Positions 6,527 through 16,742 of a stretch of DNA of 29,207 nucleotides are shown here, piece by piece. Source of the stretch: a virus (taxonomy: Duplodnaviria; Caudoviricetes); the IMG/VR virus record IMGVR_UViG_3300025771_000129, positions 1-29,207 of that record; one strand, 5' to 3'. Below the pieces are notes generated by a model. That model ran no database searches, was not told the origin of the DNA, and saw only the letters and a list, made by a program, of their open reading frames with translations. How positions within the stretch are numbered: position 1 is the first letter of the stretch; every line of letters starts with the position of its first letter. The position numbers and the translations under genes were made by a program.

Positions 6527-8434
6527 ATGGCAGAATTTCCAACAGTATCGGCATCAATTAGACAACAATCTAGTATTAGTAATATAAGATCTTCTATTGG
6601 GGGAATTAGTTCTTCTACATCTCAGGTAGAAACTACGATTGGATCAATTAAATCATCATTGCAAAATAAAACCAAAACTAGAGATGCAATTATAAAAAGA
6701 ACTCAGTTTTTGAAATTTAGAAGAGATGAGCAAAAAATAAGGGGAGAAAAAGAAGCACAAATTGAAGCATCTGGGGTTAAATCTGGAGTACCAATTCCTG
6801 GTGCAAAAACAATTCAAAGTGTTGGAGGTAGTTTTTTAGACAGAATATTAAAATTTATAGGTTGGACTGCACTAGGATGGTTAGTTGAAAACTATCCTAC
6901 TTGGGAAGCAATGGGTAGAGATTTTATAATTAGAGTAGATAAATTGAGAGATGCTTTACAAAGAATTCCTGGACAAATATTATCAATTTATAGAAGTTTT
7001 GGAAAAGTATTGACTGCATATAAAGATAATCTTTTTTCACTTGATTTATTTGATTCATCAAAAAGAGTTTATGAAGCAACTGAGGAATTGGGAGCGAATT
7101 GGGATGCACTGACACAATCGTTCCAAGATGCTACAGGAGCATTTACAGAACCGACAGGTGTTGATATTCCCTCAACTGATGAAACAGTAGAAGAAACTGA
7201 ACAACGGATAAGTGAAGGTGGAACTCCTCAGTATACATCTGAGGGTGGAGAAAAAATAACTGATCCTGAAGGTGCAGATTATGGTGATTATATACCTGGT
7301 GCTGAGGGATCAAGAGGTAAGGCTCGTGTTCATGGTGCTGATGGAAGAACAAGAGGTCATACTGGTGAAGATTATGCAATGCCTATTGGAACACCATTAA
7401 CACTATTAATGGGTGGTAAAGTGGTTGATGTTGAAACAAATGTCTCTAAAAGTGGTGGATATGGTAAATTTGTTGTAGTTCAATTAGAGAATGGTAATTA
7501 TATAAAATTAGCACACTTAAATTCCGTAAATGTTAGAGTTGGAGAAGAGGTTGGTGCTGGAACTGGTCCAAATGGAACTGCAAAAGTTCTTGGATTTAGT
7601 GGAGATACTGGATTGTCAAGTGGTCCTCACTTACACTTAGATTACTCTACTGGTTATGATCCATCCAATGCCGCTGTATCTGGAACTATGAATCCAGCAT
7701 CACTAATTAATAGTGGAGCTCTTGTAAAAGGAAAAGACGTAAAGAAAGTAAAGACTAGTCAACCTGCACCCCCACCACCACCAACATCACAACCACAACA
7801 AACAATGATGGGTCAACCAACACCAAAAGGTGGAAAATTATCGATGAAACAATTGGTTAATCTGGCAAGACAGGCTGGGTTTACTGAAGAAAATGCGATT
7901 ATTGCTGCTGCAATTGCAATGGGAGAATCTGGAGGTAAGAGTGACTCACACAATACAAAATATCCAGATAATTCATATGGTCTTTGGCAAATTAATATGT
8001 TGGATGAACCTGGATATATGCTTGGTGAAGAGAGGAGGAAAAAATTTGGATTAAAATCAAACAAAGATTTGTTTGATCCACTAACTAATGCCAAAGCAGC
8101 ATTTGCAATTTCTGGTGGATCTAAATTTGGAGCCTGGTCGGTTTTTTCGCAAGGAATATATAAAGATTATCTACCTGAAGCAAGAAAAGCAGCATCTTCT
8201 CCACAGATGACTTCAGCAAAAGCATCTTCCCAATCTTCAATGGATAGAAGTATTACTCCAGATAGAAGAGGTAAGACAGTCGTTGTTGATAGTGGGGGTG
8301 GTGGTGGAGCACCACAAATGCCCCAATCATCTGCAGGTAAATCCAAAGACAGTGGTGGAAGAGAACAAAACTTCCTATCTATGTTAAATAACTTTATGAA
8401 ACAAAAACTAATGCTCGACCTAAGTTACCTATAA
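6527..8434 (+). CDS. Virion-associated peptidoglycan hydrolase: helical N-terminus, M23 peptidase and lysozyme/SLT-like domain
   Basis: M23 zinc motifs HTGED (7358) and GPHLH (about 7622-7636), plus GYGKFVVV..LAHL. A Pro-rich linker leads to the lysozyme-like AIAMGESGG...YGLWQIN...LFDPLTNAKAA...GAWS. Confidence 0.85.
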   Translation: MAEFPTVSASIRQQSSISNIRSSIGGISSSTSQVETTIGSIKSSLQNKTKTRDAIIKRTQFLKFRRDEQKIRGEKEAQIEASGVKSGVPIPGAKTIQSVGGSFLDRILKFIGWTALGWLVENYPTWEAMGRDFIIRVDKLRDALQRIPGQILSIYRSFGKVLTAYKDNLFSLDLFDSSKRVYEATEELGANWDALTQSFQDATGAFTEPTGVDIPSTDETVEETEQRISEGGTPQYTSEGGEKITDPEGADYGDYIPGAEGSRGKARVHGADGRTRGHTGEDYAMPIGTPLTLLMGGKVVDVETNVSKSGGYGKFVVVQLENGNYIKLAHLNSVNVRVGEEVGAGTGPNGTAKVLGFSGDTGLSSGPHLHLDYSTGYDPSNAAVSGTMNPASLINSGALVKGKDVKKVKTSQPAPPPPPTSQPQQTMMGQPTPKGGKLSMKQLVNLARQAGFTEENAIIAAAIAMGESGGKSDSHNTKYPDNSYGLWQINMLDEPGYMLGEERRKKFGLKSNKDLFDPLTNAKAAFAISGGSKFGAWSVFSQGIYKDYLPEARKAASSPQMTSAKASSQSSMDRSITPDRRGKTVVVDSGGGGGAPQMPQSSAGKSKDSGGREQNFLSMLNNFMKQKLMLDLSYL

Positions 8435-9753
8435 TGGATGCAACTAAAAAATCGGAATATGATGAAATTATTTTAGAATCAAATGATCAAAGTCAATCTG
8501 TTGATATAAGTAAAGGGACCATTGCCTTTGAATACTTTGAAGATATTTTTTCTCCAGTAATTACTGCGAGAATTAAAGTTGTGAATACTGGAGATAGCAT
8601 AGAAAAGGATGGTGTAAAACAATCAATTTACAATGGACTTCCATTAAGAGGTGGTGAAAGAGTTTCGATAAAGGTAAGAGCAAATACGACATCAAATATT
8701 GATTTAGATTTTTCCTCAAAGGTTGAAGATTACTTTTATGTTTCTTCTGTAAGTGATGTCATTTCTGAGCAGGACAAAGAATCTTTTACACTACAATTGG
8801 TATCAAGAGAAGCAATTGCAAATGAAACTTCTAGAGTAGTAAAAAAATATCCAACTTCATTGAGTATAGATGGTTCTGTGGAAAAGATATTAAAGGAGGT
8901 TTTACAGACTAAAAAAATAGGGACTATTGATAAAACATCTAATAAGTATGGTTTTATTGGAAACATGAGAAAACCATTCACAGTTTTGACTTGGTTAGCA
9001 TCAAAAGGTGTTCCATTAACATCTGGAGATGGAACTGCTGGATTTTTATTTTATCAAACAAAATCTGGATTTCAATTTAGATCCATTGATGAATTGAATA
9101 AGCAGAAAGCAAAGGCCGTTTATACATATACAGAAAAAAATGAAACTTTTAGTCCTGATGGTAAAAAAGTGGATAATGATTTTAAGATTTTAAATTACTT
9201 CGTCGATAGAAATTCAGATCTGTTAGAAAAATTAAGACTTGGAACATATGCAACACAAAGAATGTATTTTAATCCATTAGATTTTTCTTTCACATCTCCG
9301 GAAAAAGGGTTATTTAAACACGGAGACTATGATAAAAAGACTGAAAATCTTGGAGACAGATTAAAATTGCCAAAAATTGGAGATGGATCTGATAAAACTT
9401 TAGGTGACATACCATCAAGAATGATCACTCAAGTTTTGGATATTGGGACTATGGACAAAGATGTATCCGTTGACGAGAATTCAGATCCTAAAAAATATCA
9501 ATCTCAAGCATTAATGAGATATAACACATTAATGACACAAAGAATTAATATGATGATTCCACTAAACACTAATTTAAGTGCTGGTGATTTAGTGGAATGT
9601 AATTTTCCAAGAGCAAGTTCCTCAGACGAGCAAGAATTTGATAGGGAAACAAGTGGTCTATATATGATAAAAGAATTATGTCACCATTTTGATGTAAAAA
9701 ATTCTTATACATCTTTAAAATTGGTAAGAGATAGTTACGGACAGAAAAAATGA
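8434..9753 (+). CDS. Baseplate hub protein (gp27-like)
   Basis: YFEDIFSP.ITA, LPLRGGE, L.LVSREA, FLFYQTKSGFQFRSIDEL and a C-terminal SGLYMIKELCHHF...SL.LVRD. Immediately upstream of gp5. Confidence 0.65.
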   Translation: MDATKKSEYDEIILESNDQSQSVDISKGTIAFEYFEDIFSPVITARIKVVNTGDSIEKDGVKQSIYNGLPLRGGERVSIKVRANTTSNIDLDFSSKVEDYFYVSSVSDVISEQDKESFTLQLVSREAIANETSRVVKKYPTSLSIDGSVEKILKEVLQTKKIGTIDKTSNKYGFIGNMRKPFTVLTWLASKGVPLTSGDGTAGFLFYQTKSGFQFRSIDELNKQKAKAVYTYTEKNETFSPDGKKVDNDFKILNYFVDRNSDLLEKLRLGTYATQRMYFNPLDFSFTSPEKGLFKHGDYDKKTENLGDRLKLPKIGDGSDKTLGDIPSRMITQVLDIGTMDKDVSVDENSDPKKYQSQALMRYNTLMTQRINMMIPLNTNLSAGDLVECNFPRASSSDEQEFDRETSGLYMIKELCHHFDVKNSYTSLKLVRDSYGQKK

Positions 9754-11864
9754 TAGACGACTCAATACTTAAAAGTAATTTTATTGGGAGAGATGGATTT
9801 AGATGGTGGATAGGTCAAATTCCTCCAGTAGAATCTGAGAAAGGTCAGGCAAATGGAAAGGGTTGGGGGAATAGAAAAAAAGTAAGAATATTGGGATATC
9901 ATCCATATAGTACAGTAGAACTTCCCGATGAGGATCTTCCCTGGGCTCAGGTAATGATGCCAACAACCAGTGGAAGTGGTGCTGCAAATTATGCAGTTAA
10001 TCCAAAACTTAGACAAGGTGATATTGTAGTAGGATTCTTTTTAGATGGGGATAGTGCTCAAGTTCCTGTTATTATGGGATGTTTTGGTAGAACTGATCAA
10101 GTTCCTAGTAAAGAATTTAAAGGTGCTTTTATACCATTTACTGGATATACTAATAGAGTTAAAAAACCGAATGGAACTTTATATGAATCTCAGTCAAGTG
10201 AAGGAAATTCTAAGGCACAAAAGTCTCCAAGAGCACTACCACCAGACACTGTTGATAAATTAAATTCTAAGAGTGAAAATAAAGATGAGAGGTATTTCTT
10301 TTCGGGAGTCGGGAAGCAAATATCTTTAGCAGACTCTGGAAATGATAATACCGCAAAAAATATTGGTGCAGAAGTTCATAATCTCATACAGAAAGTTAAT
10401 GATCCAACCAATAAACTATTAAAAAAAGCTTCTGAAATCAGCAGATCCGTTGAAAAAATAATGGGAATTGCTGAAGGAATAGTTGGACAGTGTACTGATG
10501 TATTATATACTGGTCTAATAAAAATTCTTCAAGCTGGACTAAAAGCATTATATAAAGCAGTTTATGCTGCTGTTTTTGCGGCAACTGCAAATCCTGTTGC
10601 TGCACATCTTGCAGGCGTTGCCGCACAAAAAGCCATGGCAATTCCAGTATCCTTATTGCAAGGTTTTATTCCAAAAATACCAGGAATTGTTATCAATAAT
10701 TTATTTGGAATTGTCGGGGGGATGTTGACTGATGTGGTTAATAATGTAACAAGACCATCTCCTTGTGTATCAACTCAATTTTCTGCTTCAGTCATAAAAG
10801 AAATTATTAATAAAATACAAAGTGGTCTTTCTGGTGTACTTGGTGGTGTTAGTAAGATATTGAGTGCAGGTTTTAGTGTGGTCAATTTCTTAACCAGTGG
10901 TGTTGCAGCATTACGTGGAATAAGTGGTTTATTTGACAAAAATCAAAATAAAAATAAGAGTGCAAATAATACAGATCTATGGGTTATTGGCGTTGGTGCT
11001 AAAAATACTGCAGATAAAGTTTTACAATTTAAGAATATATTGGACAGTATGAATAATGCATCTGCTTCTGCAAAAAATGCAAAAGATGCAGTCAAGGCGG
11101 GATATGATATTTTTACCTCCGCAACTAGTGATTTAAGAATTAGAAATCAACCTGGACGTTGTTATAGTGGACCCATTGTAGGATACACTAGTCCACCAAA
11201 AATTAAATTATTTGGTGGATCTGGAAAAAATGGAGATGGTGAAGTTATATTAGGAAACTTTGTCACCGCAAATGGAGAAACTACTGCGGGAATTATAGGT
11301 GTAAAAGTTAAGAATAATGGTAAAAATTACAAATATCCCCCATTTGTTCAAATTGAAGATGAATCTGAACAGGGATATGGTGCTGTAATAGGATGCAACA
11401 TTGATGACAATGGAAGCATTGAAAATTTTTACATAATTTCACCTGGAGAAAATTATCCGATTGGAAATCCAAATATTAACACAGGGGAACAAGTATCAGA
11501 ATCTAACCCATCAAATATTCCAAATTATGTTAGTGGCGTTGCAGTTCTAAAACCTGGATATGGATATGAACAAGGTGATACTGCATCTGATGATGTTGGT
11601 AATACCTATAGTTTAATTATTGAAGATGGGTCTATAATTGGAGCATCTGTTAATTCTACAACTCCAAAAAATGTCATATCCACTCCTGAAACAATAATAA
11701 ATAATTATATTCCAGTTCAAGACCTTCTTGAAATCACAATACAATCAGACACTGGAGTTGGTGCAATTTTACAACCAATTTTAGACAAGTTGCCAAATGA
11801 AATTATAACTGGTAGGGAACAGACATTAAGAAGTACAAGTTTCGTAAAAGATTGTATAGAATAA
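9750..11864 (+). CDS. gp5: Baseplate central spike gp5, N-terminal OB-fold-containing protein with no lysozyme domain evident
   Basis: IGRDGFRWWIGQI..KVRILGYH...LPWAQV..P...GD.V.GFFLDG..AQ.PVIMG is the gp5 OB signature. ATGA overlap with the upstream gene. Confidence 0.82.
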   Translation: MIDDSILKSNFIGRDGFRWWIGQIPPVESEKGQANGKGWGNRKKVRILGYHPYSTVELPDEDLPWAQVMMPTTSGSGAANYAVNPKLRQGDIVVGFFLDGDSAQVPVIMGCFGRTDQVPSKEFKGAFIPFTGYTNRVKKPNGTLYESQSSEGNSKAQKSPRALPPDTVDKLNSKSENKDERYFFSGVGKQISLADSGNDNTAKNIGAEVHNLIQKVNDPTNKLLKKASEISRSVEKIMGIAEGIVGQCTDVLYTGLIKILQAGLKALYKAVYAAVFAATANPVAAHLAGVAAQKAMAIPVSLLQGFIPKIPGIVINNLFGIVGGMLTDVVNNVTRPSPCVSTQFSASVIKEIINKIQSGLSGVLGGVSKILSAGFSVVNFLTSGVAALRGISGLFDKNQNKNKSANNTDLWVIGVGAKNTADKVLQFKNILDSMNNASASAKNAKDAVKAGYDIFTSATSDLRIRNQPGRCYSGPIVGYTSPPKIKLFGGSGKNGDGEVILGNFVTANGETTAGIIGVKVKNNGKNYKYPPFVQIEDESEQGYGAVIGCNIDDNGSIENFYIISPGENYPIGNPNINTGEQVSESNPSNIPNYVSGVAVLKPGYGYEQGDTASDDVGNTYSLIIEDGSIIGASVNSTTPKNVISTPETIINNYIPVQDLLEITIQSDTGVGAILQPILDKLPNEIITGREQTLRSTSFVKDCIE

Positions 11865-11865
11865 T

Positions 11866-12609
11866 ATGGCAAAAGAAAAAAATTGGGAACGAAGGGATAT
11901 CCTTAGTATAGGACCAAAAGTTAGAGTAGATACAAATAATCCACAAATTGGTGGTAATGGAAGTAATGTTTATGATTTTTATGCAGTAACTGATAATAAT
12001 GATATTTGTTTAACTGGATTGACTGAAGGTGGAACTTACAGAGTTTGGTGTGATAAGACTATTGAATTTATTGGTGGAAATAAAGATGCTTCTGATGGGG
12101 TTGATATAGTTATTGCGGGTATGAGTGGCGATGTTACCATTACAGCAATGAGAAATGGTGCGGTTAAAATTAAAGGTAAAAATATAGTCATAGAAGCTGA
12201 TGAAGATGTAGATATAAAGGCAGGAAGAAATATAAATCTTGATTCTAAACAAAGGGTATTATTAAAATCTAGTAGATGTGAAGCAAAAGGATTGCTAGGA
12301 AATTTAATTCCAGATCCACAACAATTTGGTATGAGAGTTTTCGAAGGAAGTTTTGTTGGACCAGATTTTCTGTCTGGAATAAGTGGTCTAATACCAGGTG
12401 TTCCAAATGTTTTAGGAACAGCAGCGGATATTGCTATGGGTGCTGCAAGTGGAGCCTTATCTGGTGGTGTTGGAAGTCTGATTGCAGGTGCTGCAGATGT
12501 TGCTTTAGATGCAGCAGGTATTCCAATTGATGTTGATGATGCGATACATGTAATGAAAAGTGCTTCAGACCTTAAAGAGTCTATTTCCAGTATTGTGACG
12601 GATAAGTAA
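11866..12609 (+). CDS. gp5 C-terminal-like beta-helical spike protein
   Basis: Periodic short beta-strands (GDVTITA..GAVKIKGKNIVIEADEDVDIKAGRNINL) followed by a Gly/Ala-rich hydrophobic tail. Follows gp5. Confidence 0.55.
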   Translation: MAKEKNWERRDILSIGPKVRVDTNNPQIGGNGSNVYDFYAVTDNNDICLTGLTEGGTYRVWCDKTIEFIGGNKDASDGVDIVIAGMSGDVTITAMRNGAVKIKGKNIVIEADEDVDIKAGRNINLDSKQRVLLKSSRCEAKGLLGNLIPDPQQFGMRVFEGSFVGPDFLSGISGLIPGVPNVLGTAADIAMGAASGALSGGVGSLIAGAADVALDAAGIPIDVDDAIHVMKSASDLKESISSIVTDK

Positions 12610-12610
12610 T

Positions 12611-15600
12611 ATGGCAGAAACACCTCAGATACCAGATCCTGATAAATCAACAGTATTTGGAAAAGAAGCACATTTTAATGAAAAGGCAACTTTTTGGCAA
12701 GGAATTGTTGTATATGGTGATGCTATAGTAGGCGAAACTGGTGACAAACTTGGCACTGGAAGCGGTGGTGGTGGTCTTCAAGGTGCTGTAGGACCTTTAA
12801 GTAACTTCCAAGGAACTCAAGGTAGACAGGGATTACAAGGTCGTCAGGGAATGCAGGGTGTTGGATCCCAGGGTGTTCAGGGTGTTATTGGACCATTAAG
12901 TAACTTTCAAGGTACACAAGGTTTATCTGTTCAAGGATTGCAGGGTAATCAAGGTCTAAGTAACCAAGGTTCTCAAGGTACTCAAAGTTTTCAAGGTACA
13001 CAAGGATTACAAGGTTTAAGTAATCAAGGTTCTCAAGGTACGCAAAGTTTCCAAGGTAATCAAGGTCTTCAAGGTAATCAAGGTCTTCAAGGTACTCAAG
13101 GTAATCAAGGTACGCAAAGTTTCCAAGGTCTTCAAGGTCTTCAGGGGCCAGTCAATGATTTCCAAGGAACCCAAGGACTCCAAGGTCTGCAAGGTAATCA
13201 GGGTAACCAAGGACTCCAAGGTCTGCAAGGTAATCAGGGTAACCAAGGACTCCAAGGACTCCAAGGTAACCAAGGTACTCAAGGTAACCAAGGTACTCAA
13301 AGTTTCCAAGGTACACAAGGACTCCAAGGACTCCAAGGATTGCAAGGTTTAAGTAACCAAGGTTCTCAAGGTACTCAAAGTTTCCAAGGACTTCAAGGAC
13401 TACAGGGAGTAGGTTCACAAGGTAGTCAAGGTCCTCAGGGACTTCAAGGTCTTCAAGGTTTATCTGTTCAAGGTCTTCAAGGTAACCAAGGTCTGCAAGG
13501 TTTATCTGTTCAAGGTCTTCAAGGTAATCAAGGTACGCAAAGTTTCCAAGGTACACAGGGAACTCAAGGTAATCAAGGTAATCAAGGTTTAAGTAATCAA
13601 GGTGTACAGGGTAATCAAGGTCTGCAAGGTTTATCTGTTCAAGGTCTTCAAGGTAACCAAGGTCTTCAAGGTCTTCAAGGTGTAAAAGGCGCTGGAGCAG
13701 ATCTACTAGTTGATGATAATAATGAATTAGGAACAAAGTTATTTGTTGGATTGTCAACAGTCACTGAAACTGTTAGTGGCATAGCATCAATAGCAATTGC
13801 TTCTGAGAAATTAGTATTTTTACCCGCCACTGGAAGTCTTGGTGTTGGAACTGCAGATCTTGCTAAAGTGGGACTTAATACAGTTACACTAACAGTAAGT
13901 GGAATTGCAACTGCAGATTCTTATTATGGTGATGGTGTAAATCTTGTTGGTATTGTTACTCAATTAGTCTCTGGAATTGGTATTGATCTAGATCCCACAA
14001 ATGGTAAGGGTAGAGTAACAGTAACTTCTTATAGACCAGTTGGAAAGACTATCTATGTTTCTCAAAATGGAGATGATTCAAACACTGGATTAGCAGAAAA
14101 TCATCCAAAGAAAACAATTAAAAATGCTGCAGGAATTGCAAGCACTGGTGATACAATCAAAGTGTTTCCTGGAGTATATGTTGAGAATAATCCTGTAGTA
14201 TTAAATAAAACTGTATCTGTTGAGGGAACAGAACTTAGAAACTGTATTGTAACACCACAAAATTCTGGATCCGATTTATTCCATGTAAATAATGGTTGTC
14301 ATATTACAGATTTAAGTTTTATTGGCCCAGAATCTACTAATGGTGCATCTGTGATTGCATTCCAACCTCTTGCAGGCGTCTCATCAGATAGATTCTTTGA
14401 TGGTGCAAGAATGATTCGAATGAATCTTGAGTTTATTTCCAATGAAACAGTATCATATTTAAACAGTAGTGACTACCCAGGATTTTCAATGAATTCTGCA
14501 ACAACTAAAAATTGTGCAGAAGATATTAGATCTGTTTTTAGTGCAGTTTGTCATGACATAACTAGGGGTGGAAATTCAAAGTGTGTTGGTGCAGGAAAAT
14601 CTTATTATACTGAAGCAGGAGCTTTACAGCATATTGTTGGTGTTAAAACTGAGACTATTGATGCTATGCGATATGCTGCTGACATTGCAAGATCTGTAAT
14701 AAACAATGCTATTTGGGCAGGTAAACTATCTGGTAGTCCAGTTGCTATTACTACCGCATCTTATGATAACAGTACTGGAATAGTAAGAATTGAAGCAACA
14801 AGTCACGATTTATCAAAAGATGATCCAGTTAAAATAACTGGTCTTGGATTTACTTGTCCATCTGGTCCAGGAACAGTAATATATCCATCTGGAGCATATG
14901 GTTATAATTTCCCAGTTCATAATATCGTTGACAATAATACTTTTGATGTAATTGTTGGTCAATCAACTTTACCACATACTTATGTTTCTGGTGGACAAAT
15001 ACAAAAATTAGAAAATTATCAACAAGAACATACTCAAGTAAGAGATCTGTCAACGCAACCAGATCCAATTACTGGTCATAATAATGGTCTTAATGGTTGT
15101 GTAAATGTAGTTTCTGCAATTTACTCATGTGTTGGTGTTGTTACAACCATTATTAGAGATGGAATAAATGGATCTGGAATTAATACAACATATCCTGCAG
15201 ACTATGATGGGCAATCTAACAATAATTTTTCAAGCAGTAAAATTGGTGGAAGTACATATTCTCCAGGAGTCGGACCAATTACACAAGGGCCATACATAAG
15301 AAACTGCACCAACTTTATTGGTAACAGTATTGGTATGAAAGTTGATGGTTTTCATGCAGAACCCGGTGATAAACGCGACATTGGCGTTACTGGTACTATG
15401 TCAGTAGACTCTTATACACAATATAATCAAAATGGAATTGGCGTTTCAATTTCAAATGGTGCATATGCCCAATTAGTTTCTTTATTTACTATTTGTAATG
15501 ATATTGGGCATTGGGCAACTGGGGGTGGACAGTGTGATATTACAAACTCCAACAGTTCTTTTGGCAATAAGGGACTTGTTTCTGATGGTGTAGGTGATGA

Positions 15601-16390
15601 ATATTCGAGATCAATTTATAGATATACTGGAAAAGTTGTATCTGAAGTTGATGCTAATGGAAATACTCCAGATACTGTAACAATCTCTGGAATTGGTACC
15701 AATAGACCTTATGATGGACAAGCAATTTATTTTGATACATTATATTATGAAATACAGTCTGTAGAAATTTTGGATGGTGGTTCTGGATATTCTCAAGAAA
15801 ATCCACCAACAATTTTAGTTGCTGATCCAACAGGACCTAATGGAATTACTGCAGAATTATCTGCAAATGTGGATTCTTTTGGAAAAGTAACTTCTATAGA
15901 TGTAATTAATGGAGGATCTCAATATCTTTCAACGCCATCCACGGTAGTTACACAAAATGGTGGAAGTGGACTTTCATTTGCGATTAAAAGATATCCTCTT
16001 TATTATGGAATAGAAAGTGCAACATTACCATCAGTTGGTATTAGCACTGTTATTCTACAACAGAATCTAAATAATACAGTAGGTGCTGGTTCTACAGTTT
16101 ACTTCACAAGAGTAAGTTTACAACTTGCAACTACGATATCTTTAGAATGGGTTGGAAGTGGTACAAATATTAATACTGCCAAACCTGCTTTAGGTGGTGT
16201 TACTATTCCAGATAATGAATTTGTAATGCAAAATGGAGGAAAAATTATATTTACTGGAACAAATCAATCTGGTAATTTTAGAATTGGACCAGACCTTACA
16301 GTAAATCAACTTACAGGAACTATTTCTGGAAGAGCATTCAATCAAAGTCTATTAAATACAGTAACTCCACTTATTATAGCATTAGGATAA
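12611..16390 (+). CDS. Tail fibre / virion structural protein with a collagen-like stalk and a pectin-lyase-like beta-helix
   Basis: About 300 aa of G-X-Q triplets, then IYVSQNGDDSNTG....PKKTIKNA..GDTIKVFPGVY.E (beta-helix cap) and DITNSNSSFG. Ends PLIIALG. Confidence 0.8.
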   Translation: MAETPQIPDPDKSTVFGKEAHFNEKATFWQGIVVYGDAIVGETGDKLGTGSGGGGLQGAVGPLSNFQGTQGRQGLQGRQGMQGVGSQGVQGVIGPLSNFQGTQGLSVQGLQGNQGLSNQGSQGTQSFQGTQGLQGLSNQGSQGTQSFQGNQGLQGNQGLQGTQGNQGTQSFQGLQGLQGPVNDFQGTQGLQGLQGNQGNQGLQGLQGNQGNQGLQGLQGNQGTQGNQGTQSFQGTQGLQGLQGLQGLSNQGSQGTQSFQGLQGLQGVGSQGSQGPQGLQGLQGLSVQGLQGNQGLQGLSVQGLQGNQGTQSFQGTQGTQGNQGNQGLSNQGVQGNQGLQGLSVQGLQGNQGLQGLQGVKGAGADLLVDDNNELGTKLFVGLSTVTETVSGIASIAIASEKLVFLPATGSLGVGTADLAKVGLNTVTLTVSGIATADSYYGDGVNLVGIVTQLVSGIGIDLDPTNGKGRVTVTSYRPVGKTIYVSQNGDDSNTGLAENHPKKTIKNAAGIASTGDTIKVFPGVYVENNPVVLNKTVSVEGTELRNCIVTPQNSGSDLFHVNNGCHITDLSFIGPESTNGASVIAFQPLAGVSSDRFFDGARMIRMNLEFISNETVSYLNSSDYPGFSMNSATTKNCAEDIRSVFSAVCHDITRGGNSKCVGAGKSYYTEAGALQHIVGVKTETIDAMRYAADIARSVINNAIWAGKLSGSPVAITTASYDNSTGIVRIEATSHDLSKDDPVKITGLGFTCPSGPGTVIYPSGAYGYNFPVHNIVDNNTFDVIVGQSTLPHTYVSGGQIQKLENYQQEHTQVRDLSTQPDPITGHNNGLNGCVNVVSAIYSCVGVVTTIIRDGINGSGINTTYPADYDGQSNNNFSSSKIGGSTYSPGVGPITQGPYIRNCTNFIGNSIGMKVDGFHAEPGDKRDIGVTGTMSVDSYTQYNQNGIGVSISNGAYAQLVSLFTICNDIGHWATGGGQCDITNSNSSFGNKGLVSDGVGDEYSRSIYRYTGKVVSEVDANGNTPDTVTISGIGTNRPYDGQAIYFDTLYYEIQSVEILDGGSGYSQENPPTILVADPTGPNGITAELSANVDSFGKVTSIDVINGGSQYLSTPSTVVTQNGGSGLSFAIKRYPLYYGIESATLPSVGISTVILQQNLNNTVGAGSTVYFTRVSLQLATTISLEWVGSGTNINTAKPALGGVTIPDNEFVMQNGGKIIFTGTNQSGNFRIGPDLTVNQLTGTISGRAFNQSLLNTVTPLIIALG
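12773..13690 (+). repeat. Collagen-like Gly-X-Gln repeat (9-nt CAAGG periodicity)
   Basis: GLQ, GNQ, GTQ, GSQ and GVQ triplets with recurring GLSNQ, GLSVQ and SFQ interruptions. Confidence 0.95.
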
Positions 16391-16391
16391 T

Positions 16392-16733
16392 ATGGCACAG
16401 ATACCTCTTAATAGGTTTAAAACAATAAGACATAACCTAACAACAACAAATTCGGGTATCTATACTTGTCCAACTGGTGTTGCAACAATTGTAGTGTTAA
16501 GTCAAGTAACAAATACTTCCACGGGTGTAGCATCAGTAACTGCATATCATTCTAGAATTTCTGGTGGAGATTTTAAATTAGCTAACGATGTTCCTATTCC
16601 TGCAAATGATTCATATTATGTTGTTAGTGATGGGAGATTAGTTTTAGAGAGTAATGATATTTTTAAAATAGAAGCGAGTGAAGATAATAAATTGAATATT
16701 GTATTAAGTGTACTTGAAACTGCTAAACAGTGA
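16392..16733 (+). CDS. Small beta-rich virion protein (fibre adaptor-like), 113 aa
   Basis: IYTCPTG.ATIV...VTN...LANDVPIPAND...LVLESND...AS. Coupled to the upstream fibre gene. Confidence 0.65.
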   Translation: MAQIPLNRFKTIRHNLTTTNSGIYTCPTGVATIVVLSQVTNTSTGVASVTAYHSRISGGDFKLANDVPIPANDSYYVVSDGRLVLESNDIFKIEASEDNKLNIVLSVLETAKQ

Positions 16734-16742
16734 TAAAGATAA

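Noticed and set aside
12036-12671. 211-aa antisense ORF (similarly 1354-1728, 3819-4154 and 5598-6137)
   Set aside because: These lie codon-aligned antisense to well-supported genes and have no motifs or expression signals.
13016-13757. Alternative-frame and antisense ORFs with LE/LD/LG periodicity (also at 17626-17865 and 19027-19269)
   Set aside because: They are by-products of the 9-nt collagen repeat.
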